A stretch of DNA of 63,573 nucleotides, filler included, from Guillardia theta CCMP2712 (GCF_000315625.1; 5 parts of 5 records of this genome joined end to end with filler, not necessarily neighbours in it); one strand, 5' to 3'. Shown: positions 39,514 through 50,562, counted from the whole stretch's first letter. The notes: generated by a model from the sequence alone, not told the origin. Made by a program: numbers and translations.

Positions 39514-40169
39514 CATGGGTTTTTGGATCTGCGATATAAAAAAGTCTTGTCTTGGTCACGTGATGTGTCACGTGACCGGTCAGGTGAGCCTGTCAGCCGG
39601 GTCACGGCCCCTGTCAGCCGGCTGACATGTAACGGGCCTGCTGACACGGTCCGCTGGCCGGTCACGGCCGCCCGGAGAGATCAGGACATTTCTCCCAGGG
39701 GAAGAAAACCTCCCTTGACCCCCTGTTTCTCGACGGATCCTGCCGGCCGGGCCGGTCAGTAGACCGACTGCAGCCTTCAGCCCCGCCTCAGACCCCCTGG
39801 AGGCCCGCCAGGAGGCTAAGTGTCCGGAGATTGGCCGGGGGCCTGATCTCTCCGGGCGGCCGTGACCGGTCAGCGGACCGTGTCAGCAGGCCCGTGACAT
39901 GTCAGCCGGCTGACAGGGGCCGTGACCCGGCTGACAGGCTCACCTGACCGGTCACGTGACACATCACGTGACCGAGACAAGACTTTTTTATATCGCAGAT
40001 CCAAAAACCCATAGGACATTTCTCCCAGGGGGAAGAAAACCTCCCTTGACCCCCCTGTTTCTCGACGGATCCTGCAGGCCGGGCCGGTCAGTAGACCGAC
40101 TGCAGCCTTCAGCCCCGCCTCAGACCCCCTGGAGGCCCGCCAGGAGGCTAACTTCCGTGTCCGGAGATT
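39514..40169. repeat. 332-bp repeat cluster: inverted half-unit (39514-39685) followed by ~1.5 forward units
   Basis: 39514-39685 is near-identical to the reverse complement of ~39842-40012; a forward unit starts gcctgatctctccgggcggcc at 39841. Confidence 0.92.
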
Positions 40170-40264
40170 GCGCCGGTTATTTCAGGCAGCGCCGGTTATT
40201 TCAGGCAGCGCCGGTTATTTCAGGCAGCGCCGGTTATTTCAGGTAGCGCCGGTTATTTCAGGCA
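40170..40264 (+). repeat. 19-bp tandem repeat x5 (gcgccggttatttcaggca)
   Basis: Five contiguous copies, one substitution in the fourth. Confidence 0.95.
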
Positions 40265-40299
40265 CCATGGTTGTTCGCGTGGTGTAGGGGAAGCTGCCA

Positions 40300-41476
40300 G
40301 GGCGCCAAGGAAGCTGCAAGGACGTGAAGCAGACCTTCTGCTCGGACTGCCCCGCGGGGAGTTACCTTCCGTCCCCCGGTGTGTGTGAGCAGTGTCCCGT
40401 TGGTACCTACCAGAACCAGGCCAGGCAGTCTCCTGCAACCCCTGCCCCAGGGGTTCGACTTCAGCGCTGGGGTCTTCCTGCTGCGAGGGGTACTACCTTG
40501 TGGATGGGACATGCCAGCAGTGCCCGAGCTGTGCCCTGGGCCAGTACAGGTATGGATGTGGCGGTGGGAGCCAGGGCGCCTGCAGGCCGGGCCGTGCCCT
40601 TCCTCAGTAGCGCCGGCCAGTACTTCCCTGGCTGCAACGGCGTGTCGAATGAAACCTCCTGCATCGACCGTGGGGCGTGTGGGGACGGGACATACGTATG
40701 TACTGTGGGGCGTGTGGGGACGGGACATACACATATGAAATTACGCTGCCGGCTTAGGTGGGAGCAGCGCTGGCTCTTGCTACCCTTGCGTGGCTTGCAG
40801 CGCGTTTGAGACCCTTGTGGGGTGCGGTGGGACATCGCCCGGGTATTGCCAGTCCTGCACGGATTGCCCCGTTGGGGAGTACAGGAGGGACTGCACAAGC
40901 GCTTGCGAGCCCTGTGTTGGGTGCGCCGAGGGTGAGTACAGGGTGGGGTGCGGACGGTTCGGCCCCGGCTTGTGCGAGGCGTGCCCTGCCTGCCTAAGGA
41001 ACCAGTACCGGGCGGGATGTCAGAACGACACGTCCGGGCATTGCACCCCGTGTCCCATTTGCCAGACGACCGAGGTGCTGGTGGGGTGCGGCGGCGCAGC
41101 CGCAGGGATTTGCGTGCCGAAGTCGGATATCCCTGCCTATTGCCCGCTCGGCATGCACTACAGCGACGGTGGTTTCGTCTGCCCTTGCATATCGATTTGC
41201 CCCTTGAACAGCTCCTCCGTCGGCGTATCCACCAACTGCACGCCCTGTGCCCGTGGGCAGTATGCGCCGCAGGGTTCTTCCGCCTGTACAGACTGCCCTC
41301 CCGGCACGCGGATGCAGTACGGCGAGGGTGGTGGCTGCCCCGAGTGCGGCGCCGGGACTTACTCGGAGACGTACCGGGCGGCGTACTGTCTGCAGTGCCC
41401 ACCGGGTAAGTTCAACAACGCGACGGGCATGTCGGTCTGCTACGACTGCGGCTTGGTCCGCCGCTCACGGGTGTGA
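40300..41476 (+). pseudogene. Frameshifted Cys-rich (CxxCPxG; GCC2/GCC3, TNFR-like) protein
   Basis: CSDCPAGSY, CEQCPVGTYQ, CTPCARGQYAP and CLQCPPGKF are spread across three frames; internal ~35-bp duplication near 40670-40730. Confidence 0.7.
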
Positions 41477-41624
41477 CACGATCAAGTCCACGGAGAGCCA
41501 TGGGCGATCAGCGGGTGAAGCGGGAATTTGCGGCGTAGCAGAGACCCTACAAGGACAAGATTGCAGCGCCTATCGCCTGCAATACACGCGCGGGTCCCGC
41601 AGACCAGTATTACCTGCATCTATC

Positions 41625-42140
41625 ACAATGTGTAACAAAGAGGGATAAAAATTCTTTGCATAGATTCTTCTTGATTGCACTGCATAAGGCGTGGAACGCT
41701 AAGAACAATTTTTTGAATGAGAACAAGAAGAAGGATAGCAGAGGGCAGGCCCATGTATTTAAGTTCTTTTGGAATGAGAATCTTTATGTTGACAATGGAA
41801 GATTGAAGAATAAGAACAAAGAGGATGCAACAGATTACTTTGAATACCTTAAGCCTACAGGAGAGGATAAACATGCCCTTCCTTATTTTAGCCTTATTGA
41901 AAGGATCCATTTTTCCTTAATGACAATACCCAATATTAGGTTGTGTAACACATGAACAAAGGGCTCAGATATTGGTAAACAAGCTTGGCCTTGAGGATAG
42001 CATAATACTCTCTGACAAGAGCATCATCAATCAGAATCCATCGTTGAAGATGTTTTATAAAAATGCATTATTGACATTTGATGATGTGAGCATTGATACA
42101 GAATGGCGTCATGTATATTGCAGCTCTAGGATAGACTAAA
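41625..42140 (+). pseudogene. AT-rich ORFan remnant, frameshifted
   Basis: ORF 41656-41955 appears to continue in another frame to ~42140; no family recognised. Confidence 0.3.
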
Positions 42141-42589
42141 GCAGTCTTTCTAATCCGACACATTTTTATGAGTTCAAAAAGGGAAGATGATACATTTGTT
42201 GGATTGCTGAGTGAGAATGTGAATATCTATTGAAATAGAGACACGCATGTATTTCTTGCAATAAAATCTAATGACAGAAAGCGGGCAATAGTGCATAGTT
42301 GGTGATTTCAATTTGAAATCAAAGGTGATTGCAAACACGCTAAGCAACATGCAAAGAAAGAAGAAGAATGGATTAGAATTCGACACCTTTCTAGCAAACC
42401 TCGCGCGCGCGGACTCCTAGGGGTCAGTCTTGATGTAATCTTTCTAGTCCGACCGTCCATGACCCCTTTCCGAGGCCGTTCTGACCTTGAAAAGCTCGTG
42501 AAACGCTCCTTAGGATCCCGCACCCCTAAAATACTTTTAATAAAGTGTAGGATTTCAGGGAAATCTTGTAAAGCGAGGTGGGTTTTGTA

Positions 42590-43834
42590 ATGACAATCAA
42601 TTTACATAATATTGTAGCTTCATTCATCTTATTTTCTGCTTTCGTAAATATATTGTCGAACTTAGTCATTGTGAGGAATAGAAGTAGTCAGTATTCATGT
42701 GTACTCACGGATCCTCCAAGTTCTTCTAATCTAAATCACGAATTTCGTAATAATTCACTAGTTCCGTTACAAAAATTTATTTCCAGTCTCAAGGATGGAT
42801 TGTCCAGTCTTCGCACTGATCAGGAATCTGTTTTGTCACGATTTTTTTCAATCACAAATCCAAGACATGCTTTGAGTAAGCGTTTTCCACTCAGCGCAAT
42901 TCCAATTGTGATTGAAACTGTCAATCGTCAATGCCTCCTTGGCAGTCATCTGACCAAAGGAAATATTTGCCAGAATGCTCTGATAGGAAATTCTACATGG
43001 ACCCCTGATCCACACGTACGTGATATTATTACTACATATATGTTGGAATGCAATTTCCGTTCTCGACATGAAAATTGCTTTGGTATAGATGTGGGATCGA
43101 ACGTAGGACCACACACTATGGTAATGTTGAGTTTAGGTGCCCGGGTTGTTGCTGTAGAACCCCAGGCAGATCTCTGCTTGGCTACCAGGGCCTCGATTGC
43201 CGCGCAGGGATGGCAGAATGATTCTATAGTGCTTTGTGCTGGAATGTCTAAGTCAGATTCTTTTGCTTCAACTGCAAGATTGAGAGTGAATGAACACTTT
43301 TGGCGCTATAATGGAAATATTATGAGTATGCCGTACAAGCTTGAGCAAGTACCGTTGGTATCGCTCCGTCAACTTGTTGCATCACAAACGGTTGTTCATT
43401 TTTTGAAAATAGACACAGACTCCATAGACTGCTTCGTCCTCCAGCAAGCTATCAACCTGATGAATCATGGTGTTGAGTTCAGAGTTATTCTTCTTGAAAC
43501 GTGGGATACTTCATGTACTACAAACAATGTTGTGGGTCGGCAGTTGTTGCATCTCTCAAAACGAAATTTTCAAATTTTCCGCACATTGGTCTACGAGAGG
43601 TCGTGGGATGAACATCACCGAGACATCGAAAACGATTTTCGACGTGTAGACATTCCTAAGGGTTGGGTCGAGCAATTTCATGTTGGTTTCAACTTCGTGC
43701 TCTGGAAAGCAAATCTCAGAACTTTGAGTGACCAGGATATTCTGGAGCATCCCTTACGACATCCAAGGTGGCAGTACCTTCTCACACTGAAAACTGATAT
43801 CACTCAATCTGGTTATGTAACAAAAGACCTTTAA
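42590..43834 (+). CDS. FkbM-family (Methyltransf_21) SAM methyltransferase with N-terminal TM anchor
   Basis: GIDVGSNVGPHT..LGARVVAVEPQ and FLKIDTD motifs; hydrophobic N-terminus; intronless and AT-rich. Confidence 0.8.
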   Translation: MTINLHNIVASFILFSAFVNILSNLVIVRNRSSQYSCVLTDPPSSSNLNHEFRNNSLVPLQKFISSLKDGLSSLRTDQESVLSRFFSITNPRHALSKRFPLSAIPIVIETVNRQCLLGSHLTKGNICQNALIGNSTWTPDPHVRDIITTYMLECNFRSRHENCFGIDVGSNVGPHTMVMLSLGARVVAVEPQADLCLATRASIAAQGWQNDSIVLCAGMSKSDSFASTARLRVNEHFWRYNGNIMSMPYKLEQVPLVSLRQLVASQTVVHFLKIDTDSIDCFVLQQAINLMNHGVEFRVILLETWDTSCTTNNVVGRQLLHLSKRNFQIFRTLVYERSWDEHHRDIENDFRRVDIPKGWVEQFHVGFNFVLWKANLRTLSDQDILEHPLRHPRWQYLLTLKTDITQSGYVTKDL

Positions 43835-46309
43835 AAAAAATTGATATTCGTGCAATCAAGTTATTACCTACAGCGAACGCGTCCACAAACTTCCCTGAAA
43901 GGGTCCCAACTTCGCTCGAAGGCGGATTAAACTCGATGTTCTCCCACGAGTTGCTGTTCAAACCACAGCGGAACCTGCAACTGGCAGGAAAGACTTCGCG
44001 TCGAAATCGCCGGACAAATCGATTGATCCACTGCGATTCGAAATTAATCCGCCTCAAAACGGGGCACAAGATCGCTTCCTCGTCCTCGATCATCCCCGAG
44101 GTTCAACCGGGAGCATGACGTGATAGCACTCTACCCGAATCAGATTGAACGTGTCAATCGCTTTCGAGGCATGGTGCAGATTGGCCTGGGCGACTGCCAT
44201 CGGACTGGAATAGCGGAGAAGGGGAAGGATGTCCCTTCAAGCCTGTGTAACGCCTTTCAAACGTTTTCGACATTTGTCACACCCCGAGGCTATACGGGAT
44301 TGACCTTAGCGGAGCTCACACTGCAAACACAACAAGCCAACACTCTCTGATGCATCACAAACCAACATGGCACAAACACAGAAGGGGAAAATGTCTACCT
44401 GGTTCTAACGAGGAGGATCCTTCTATACTTTCGAGAAAGCAGACAGGAGTACTTCTCTTGGCGGAGGAAAAACAGGGTTGTCCTCCTTAGATATTAAACA
44501 GCCCTTCGAGAGGCAACATGCTCTCTCGCAGGGAAGAGAACCCCGTCCCTGCATGCTAACAGGCCGGCTGATGCAGGCCACGCCCGAGGGCCCTGTTGGG
44601 GCTGATGAACGACACATCACGCACTCGAACAAGGCGATCCGGGGTTTCGCGCAGGCTGTGCGGGCCTCGCGCTCCCACGTGCTGTAGGCCGCGGAGGCGA
44701 GGACTTGGCGGACGTGTTCGCCGGCGTGCACGCCATATGTTGTTGGGACCTAAGGTGATGACATTGCAATCCTTGAAGTCCTCCAAGGTTTGAGACCCGG
44801 TTGTTCCTCTGCTTGCTCCAGATAGCATTGGCATGTCCGCTGCAATATCCCTCAAATTACGCCTCCGGGTTGCCTTCGTCCCCTGCAATGGAAGATTCCG
44901 AAACGCGAAAACATAAAAATCTCTCAGCGTCTCGGGTTATTACAGCAAATACCTTCATAGATACGCCGAGCCTGCCGTGCCTTTGCATGCCCTGCTTCGC
45001 AAAGCAGTGCCGTTCCACTGTGCATCTGCCTGTCAGACTGCCTTCGACAAGCTTGAACATGTCTAAAATTGTCTCCTATCCTGGTTTACTTCGATCCCTC
45101 ACTTCTTATTAAGGCGATCCACGAGCACAGCCTGCACCTCTTATTCTTATTAAGGCGATCCACGAGCACAGCCTGCCGCTGGTGATCTACGTGGGTCAGA
45201 CGAAGGGGGTGGAGACGAACAAGGAGTGGCTCAACATCCTCCGCATGTGCAAGTGCATAGCAAGCACCGTTGGGGTCAGCAAAAACGAGGCTAAACCACA
45301 ACTGCATCAAAATGGAGACTGCATCAAGAGGCGACAGGTCCTCGAAATCTCCCACTTCCACTGCGTCAGGTTCGAGAACCAGATCAAGAAGTAAATCAAC
45401 GCATAGCAATCGGTGGGCTACCGCGCACAGGGCGCTGTCATCGTCACTTTCAAACCTAAGACCCAACATGGACGAGATTGCAGCGTAGTATATCGCCTGC
45501 AATCCACGCTCTGATGCCTGAGCTGTCGTTTTTGTATCCCTCGCACCAGGACATATGACTGGATCCACTCCCCAGAAGATTTGAAGGATCTGGTGGAATA
45601 CAGTTAGAATATGTATCGCTTGTTTAGTTTGCTCTGCGATTCATCTGCGATTAATATGGATTCATTTCTGGCACGCATCATAGCGAGCGGTTCAATGCTT
45701 ATGCAAAGATCCAATCTTTGTCGAAGTTCATGTGATCTGATCAGCGGAAGGTGGTAAAATTTCCGATTAGTGCTGTCTGCGTAATTTGCACAGGACGAGC
45801 ACCTTATACCCATATCAAGTAAGGATTCCTGTTTTGATCATCAGAGATTCCAGTGTGAGCAACAAACGATCTAGAAGTTTTTCATCCCCCGAATCCTTCG
45901 TGTTCAAACTTTTACCATGTATGTTCGAAGAATTGATGGACGAAAGCTGAGTAAAGAAGATGCTGTGCCACAATGCAATAACAAGCATAAACCAAACTAA
46001 AACAATCATTGTCCGTTTGAAATCCACAACCATCCGGTAGTCAACACTGCAACAAGAAACAAGGGTGTGGGCTTCCAATAGCTGTTTGTTACGGCGATGC
46101 CCGGGGCATCAATTTCCAATCAACAAGAGGTGTAAGATGTAGTCCGGACAAATATATACACTTTTGTAGTTTTTTGAGAGGTTTAGTGCTCATTCACATA
46201 AACTTCTTCCGAATATGACCCCTACCCCACCCAAAGACCAGTTTAGGACCTCACCCACCCTCCCTCCCTACCCTCAAACACTTACACACCCGCCTCAGAG
46301 GTCCAAGAC

Positions 46310-46858
46310 TCAAAAACACAGAGCCAAATTTCTGAGCTCCATCTCGCTGCTTGACCCAGAACTGACGAGGGCATCATCTACAATAATCGTGGAGCCCACT
46401 TCTTCCCCTTCAAGTTCGACTTCGTGGGGGTGAGCGTCGGCACCGCCTACGCCTCGGACCTCACCGGCGACCCCGTGGGGTTCGTCATGATCGGGGGGAT
46501 GGCGACGGTCCTCAACGGGCACTTCGCCTGCTACACGGGGGATCTGGTGCAGTGGTACTTCGACTTCGAGGCGGAGGAGTTCGAGCCGGACGGGCAGCGG
46601 CGGCAGGTTCCCAACATGAATAACGCGATCCGCTTCCCCGTCAACGGGAGGGAGGAGTGGTACCAGAAGCGGATGTTCGGCACCTTCCAGGAGAAGAACC
46701 GGGGCAAGCAGAACGTGGCGCTGATCAAGCCGCTGCGGAAGGTCGCCGACCAGCGCAGCTTCCTCTACGGGGACAAGTGCAGGGTGATCGGGAGGATCGT
46801 CAACGGCGGGCAGCCCTGGGAGCCCGTCGATATCTTCCTCTCTAACACGTTCGTTTGA
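46310..46858 (+). pseudogene. 5'-damaged triplex/capsid-cement-like gene, paralog of 47315-48229
   Basis: FDFVGVSVGTAYA..GFVMIGGMATVLNGHFACYTGDLVQWYFDFE..GDKCRVIGRIVNGGQPWEPVDI aligns by eye with the next gene. No ATG in frame (TGA at 46352); apparent frameshift near 46370. Confidence 0.5.
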
Positions 46859-46870
46859 TTACCCGTTTGC

Positions 46871-47149
46871 ATGAGTAAAGAAACTTCCGAAGAAAGGAAA
46901 TTCTTCGCGAAGCAACTTGGCGAGCAAATGGCGACTGACTTTCTCGGTACCGCTTCCCGGCATAAGGTCAATGTTGAAATTAAAAGGACCGAGTTCTTGA
47001 TGGAAGAATCTGAATCCAATCTGGAGGATTCAAAGAAGGCATTGCTCGACCCTACAACCGATCAGAAAATGGAGATGGTGATGGTGAATTTTTTCACTTA
47101 TCAAATCGATATGTATCAAGCGATACTCGCGACTCTTCGGAAGAATTAG
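46871..47149 (+). CDS. Hypothetical 92-aa protein
   Basis: ATG-initiated ORF packed between the two paralogs. Confidence 0.55.
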   Translation: MSKETSEERKFFAKQLGEQMATDFLGTASRHKVNVEIKRTEFLMEESESNLEDSKKALLDPTTDQKMEMVMVNFFTYQIDMYQAILATLRKN

Positions 47150-47314
47150 CGCAAGGTTATAACGACCAGGCTCCCGTAGGTTAATGGGTCATATATGTAT
47201 CACACGGCAATAAAGCTCAAAGATTAGTACTTTACCTTGTTAAATCATCCCGCAATTCACACCCATCCAAAATCAAAGGTATTTAAGACTCGCGGGACGG
47301 GGCATCGGGAGAGT

Positions 47315-48229
47315 ATGGCGAGCGTGGGGCAGATCACGGGGACGCAGGTGCATTCGGGTCCGAAGCACATCCTGCAGTGCCAGGTGTCGGAGGACACGCT
47401 GCGCATGCTGGCCACCGATGAGACCAAGGACCGGATCCACCGGGACAAGATGCTGTACTGCATGCACAAGCACGAGCTTGCACTGTGCTGCAGCATCCCC
47501 TACAACACCAACAACAACATGATCTTCAAGCAGAAGAAGCAGCCCTACCCACCCGTCGTCACCACGCTGGGCTTCATCGACGCGCAGACCCGCAACCTGA
47601 TCCGCGCGGTGTACAACACCCAGACGATGGAGCAGTTCGAGGAGACGCGCGAGAACGTCATCGCCCGCGCCGCCCGGGACCCTGGCTTCAAGTTCCACCT
47701 CCCGCAGTTCACCTTCCAGGGGGTGGTGCAGACGCAGGCGTGGGCGACGTCCAACTTCGGCGACACCGTCGGGTCGGTGCTGGTGGCCGGCTTCGCGACG
47801 ATCATGAACGGGCACTTCCACGCCTACACGGGGGACGTCGTCCACTGGTACTTCGACTTCGAGAGCATCATGTTCAACGACGATGGGACGAGGAGGCGGG
47901 GTGGCCACTTCGATGTCAACCCGGTGCACGTGGATGCCATCGACAACAACGGTGAGTTCTACGAGCACGATCCTGTACGCATCGGGGCGAAGGCCGGCGA
48001 GCGGAAGGACTTCCACGAGATGCGGGAGTATGGCAACTACCCGGACATGTACCCGGACCAGGACCGCAGGAGGGGGGGCGCCGAGTTCAAGCGGAACATC
48101 ATCTACCCCAAGACCTACCATTACGATGGCTGCGGGTACGGCGACCGCTGCCGCGTCTTCGGGCGGGTGGTGAACGGCGGCAGGCCCTTCGAGCCCATCG
48201 ACGTCCTGATCTACTCCCAGTGCCGCTAA
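47315..48229 (+). CDS. Putative viral triplex/capsid-cement protein (mirusvirus-type), 304 aa
   Basis: Intact, high-GC3 ORF. The pattern FxFxGV...V.vaGfaTimNGhf..ytGDvV.W...RVfGRvvnGg.PfEPiDvl resembles beta-tulip cement/triplex proteins; this family assignment is from recall, not a search. Confidence 0.5.
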   Translation: MASVGQITGTQVHSGPKHILQCQVSEDTLRMLATDETKDRIHRDKMLYCMHKHELALCCSIPYNTNNNMIFKQKKQPYPPVVTTLGFIDAQTRNLIRAVYNTQTMEQFEETRENVIARAARDPGFKFHLPQFTFQGVVQTQAWATSNFGDTVGSVLVAGFATIMNGHFHAYTGDVVHWYFDFESIMFNDDGTRRRGGHFDVNPVHVDAIDNNGEFYEHDPVRIGAKAGERKDFHEMREYGNYPDMYPDQDRRRGGAEFKRNIIYPKTYHYDGCGYGDRCRVFGRVVNGGRPFEPIDVLIYSQCR

Positions 48230-48295
48230 TCATTCTAGAATAAAGAAAAATCAGCCCATATTTAAGATGATTTTGACGCTCGGCATCAGATACAT

Positions 48296-49144
48296 ATGGC
48301 GAGGGTATATACCAATTTCAATGATGAACATGATGCATCGTTGCTTCATGTGTTTGACAAACGATTGAGTGTTTTGCAGGGCTGGGTGGATGCATTGAAG
48401 TATAAATCGGATACGTTGAAAAGGTTGATGATGGCACGGGAAATCGATGAATACATGAAATATTTCGAGGATGTTGAAAGTTGTTTTAAAATATTGAAAA
48501 TAAGTCGCAAGGTGACGATCGAAGACCTTGAATGGGGTAAGTTTCAAATTCCGGAGTATATTGACAATAATCTCATGACAACATACGGACGAGATTTTGC
48601 GAAGCCGTTCAAGTTCATATTCAAGAAAAAGTTCTTGCTCAACGAATTTGACCGTGCAAAATTTCAAGGTCTGTTGCTCAGGACTCGCGCAATGTCAATC
48701 CATGTCAAATTTCTTCGAAAATACCTCATAGTAGAAGACGAGCATAAGGACAAGTATGAATCCGCCATGAAGGTCATCGAAGAATCAATAGCAATGTTCG
48801 AGCTGATTGTCGTAACGGCTATTTACAAAGAAGTAGCATACAAGCATATTCTAGAATCACATCATGACCCAGGAATCGTAGAACGAGTATGGGAATTTCA
48901 TTCAAAGGATGAATTGCTGTTTGGTGATAAAATTATACTGGATACTGCCATGGTTAAGATCAGTGAATATATCCGAACATTGGATAAACTTCCTTTAGAG
49001 AACTATCGTGATATTTTTGCACTTGACAGTGGAAAGCCGCAGCCGTTTTACGATCCATCCATGATGGTCTTTGACGGTTTATTGAATTGTATCAATGATA
49101 CACGGGAGAAATGTATATATTTTTTGAAATATAATAAACCCTGA
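48296..49144 (+). CDS. Hypothetical 282-aa helical protein (AT-rich ORFan)
   Basis: Long ATG ORF in AT-rich DNA, preceded by ATATTTAAG. Confidence 0.7.
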   Translation: MARVYTNFNDEHDASLLHVFDKRLSVLQGWVDALKYKSDTLKRLMMAREIDEYMKYFEDVESCFKILKISRKVTIEDLEWGKFQIPEYIDNNLMTTYGRDFAKPFKFIFKKKFLLNEFDRAKFQGLLLRTRAMSIHVKFLRKYLIVEDEHKDKYESAMKVIEESIAMFELIVVTAIYKEVAYKHILESHHDPGIVERVWEFHSKDELLFGDKIILDTAMVKISEYIRTLDKLPLENYRDIFALDSGKPQPFYDPSMMVFDGLLNCINDTREKCIYFLKYNKP

Positions 49145-49153
49145 TGTTCAAAC

Positions 49154-49729
49154 TCACTTAAGCACCGGCTTCCTGAGCTCCGCCTGCGTCTGCTGCAGCG
49201 AGAGGTGGAAGACCTGGACGCAGTCCCGGTCGGTCCAGCCCTGCAGGTCCCCCTCCCTGAACCCCAGCGAGCGCCAGCGGTTGAGCGAGAAGGACCACCG
49301 CGCCATGATCTGCTTTGTCATCCCGATGTCGACGAGCTGCTGGTAGGTGACGCCCATGGCCTCGAGGAGCTGGGACGGGAGCTGCATCTGCCAGATCTCG
49401 CTGATGTCCGCCCTGAGGTGGAGGATCGGGTGCACGGGGAAGCAGAGCATGTCCGGGAGCATGGAGAGCTGCACGTCGCCGTGCTTGACCCACTCCGCGG
49501 GGTCCGGCTGCAGTGCCTTGAGCCGCTCCGGGCTGAGCCCGATCGAGCGGAGGAAGGGCCACGTCAGCTGTTCGCTGGCCATCACGTGCTTCCATGTCAG
49601 GACAGAGCAGGGCCTCATCCACCCGTGGATCATCACGGACTGGTAAGGGCTGAGCTCGATCGCCATCGGGTGGCTTTTCTGGGTCGGCTGCTGCATGTCC
49701 GTTTCCCTCCCCACCCAACCTGATGCCAT
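49154..49729 (-). CDS. Hypothetical 191-aa protein with Leu/Gly helical repeats
   Basis: ATG ORF with strong GC3 bias; LRSIGLS, LEAMGVT, LVDIGMT and WRSLGF recur; upstream GTATAAG. Confidence 0.75.
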   Translation of the reverse strand: MASGWVGRETDMQQPTQKSHPMAIELSPYQSVMIHGWMRPCSVLTWKHVMASEQLTWPFLRSIGLSPERLKALQPDPAEWVKHGDVQLSMLPDMLCFPVHPILHLRADISEIWQMQLPSQLLEAMGVTYQQLVDIGMTKQIMARWSFSLNRWRSLGFREGDLQGWTDRDCVQVFHLSLQQTQAELRKPVLK

Positions 49730-49869
49730 ACACGTTCCGTTTTCCAGTCTTATACCGTGCCTGGTTGTCTCGGACCCTACATGGCAGTTCTTTTTTTTTT
49801 GGTCGTAGGTGTATCACGCTAGGGGGGGGATAGGAGGACGGGGGGAGAGTGAGGCGGGGAGGAAAGTGA

Positions 49870-50508
49870 ATGAAGAAGCGCCACTACTCCGCTCTCTCGA
49901 TGGATGACATCTCCCTGCTGTCGGGGGCCGACCAGGACGAGACCTGCCCGCCGGCCTTCATCCACAACATCGTCAGCACGACCAAGATCAGGTCGAGCGT
50001 CATCCCGCTGAACCTCTCCTACGTCGCCAGCGTGCTCCCCAACAGCTTCTACGACAAGCACAAGTTCGCCGCCATCACCATCCGCATCGACAACCCGACC
50101 TGCACCGTCCTGCTGTTCAGCTCGGGGAAGCTGGTCCTCACGGGCTCGCAGAGCTGGTACAAGTGCCTCCACGCCTCGCTGAAGGTGGTGGAGATGCTGC
50201 GCTCGCATGTCCTCGGGGTTGACTTCTTCGTCGAGGACATCGTCGTCCAGAACATCGTGGGCAACGCCATCATCGACCTGGAGGGGGGCAAGTCGCTGAA
50301 CCTGGAGCGGATGTACAGCGAGCAGTGCTCCAAGTGCACCTTCCAGAAGTCCCTCTTCCCGGGCCTCATCTTCCGCCCCGACAACTCCCCCGTCGTCCTC
50401 CTCTGCTTCGAGAGCGGCAAGGTGGTGATCACGGGGGGCAAGTGCGTGGACGACGTCGAGCTCGGGTGGAGGCGGCTGTGGCCTGTGGTGAGGAGGTACA
50501 TCGAGTGA
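49870..50508 (+). CDS. TBP: Divergent intronless TATA-box-binding protein (viral-type)
   Basis: Two TBP repeats: IHNIVST..FAAITIRIDNPTCTVLLFSSGKLVLTGS and VQNIVGN..LFPGLIFR..VLLCFESGKVVITGGK. Confidence 0.93.
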   Translation: MKKRHYSALSMDDISLLSGADQDETCPPAFIHNIVSTTKIRSSVIPLNLSYVASVLPNSFYDKHKFAAITIRIDNPTCTVLLFSSGKLVLTGSQSWYKCLHASLKVVEMLRSHVLGVDFFVEDIVVQNIVGNAIIDLEGGKSLNLERMYSEQCSKCTFQKSLFPGLIFRPDNSPVVLLCFESGKVVITGGKCVDDVELGWRRLWPVVRRYIE

Positions 50509-50562
50509 TGCCGGGGTATTGCAGGGCGTATTAAGGCGCTGGAACAAGGCCCGGGCCATGGG

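Noticed and set aside
40170-40264. CRISPR-like array
   Set aside because: The repeats are contiguous with no spacers and no cas genes; eukaryotic context.
45182-45394. GIY-YIG endonuclease (IYVGQT)
   Set aside because: Only one half-motif; the upstream GIY and downstream Arg/Glu signatures are not convincing.
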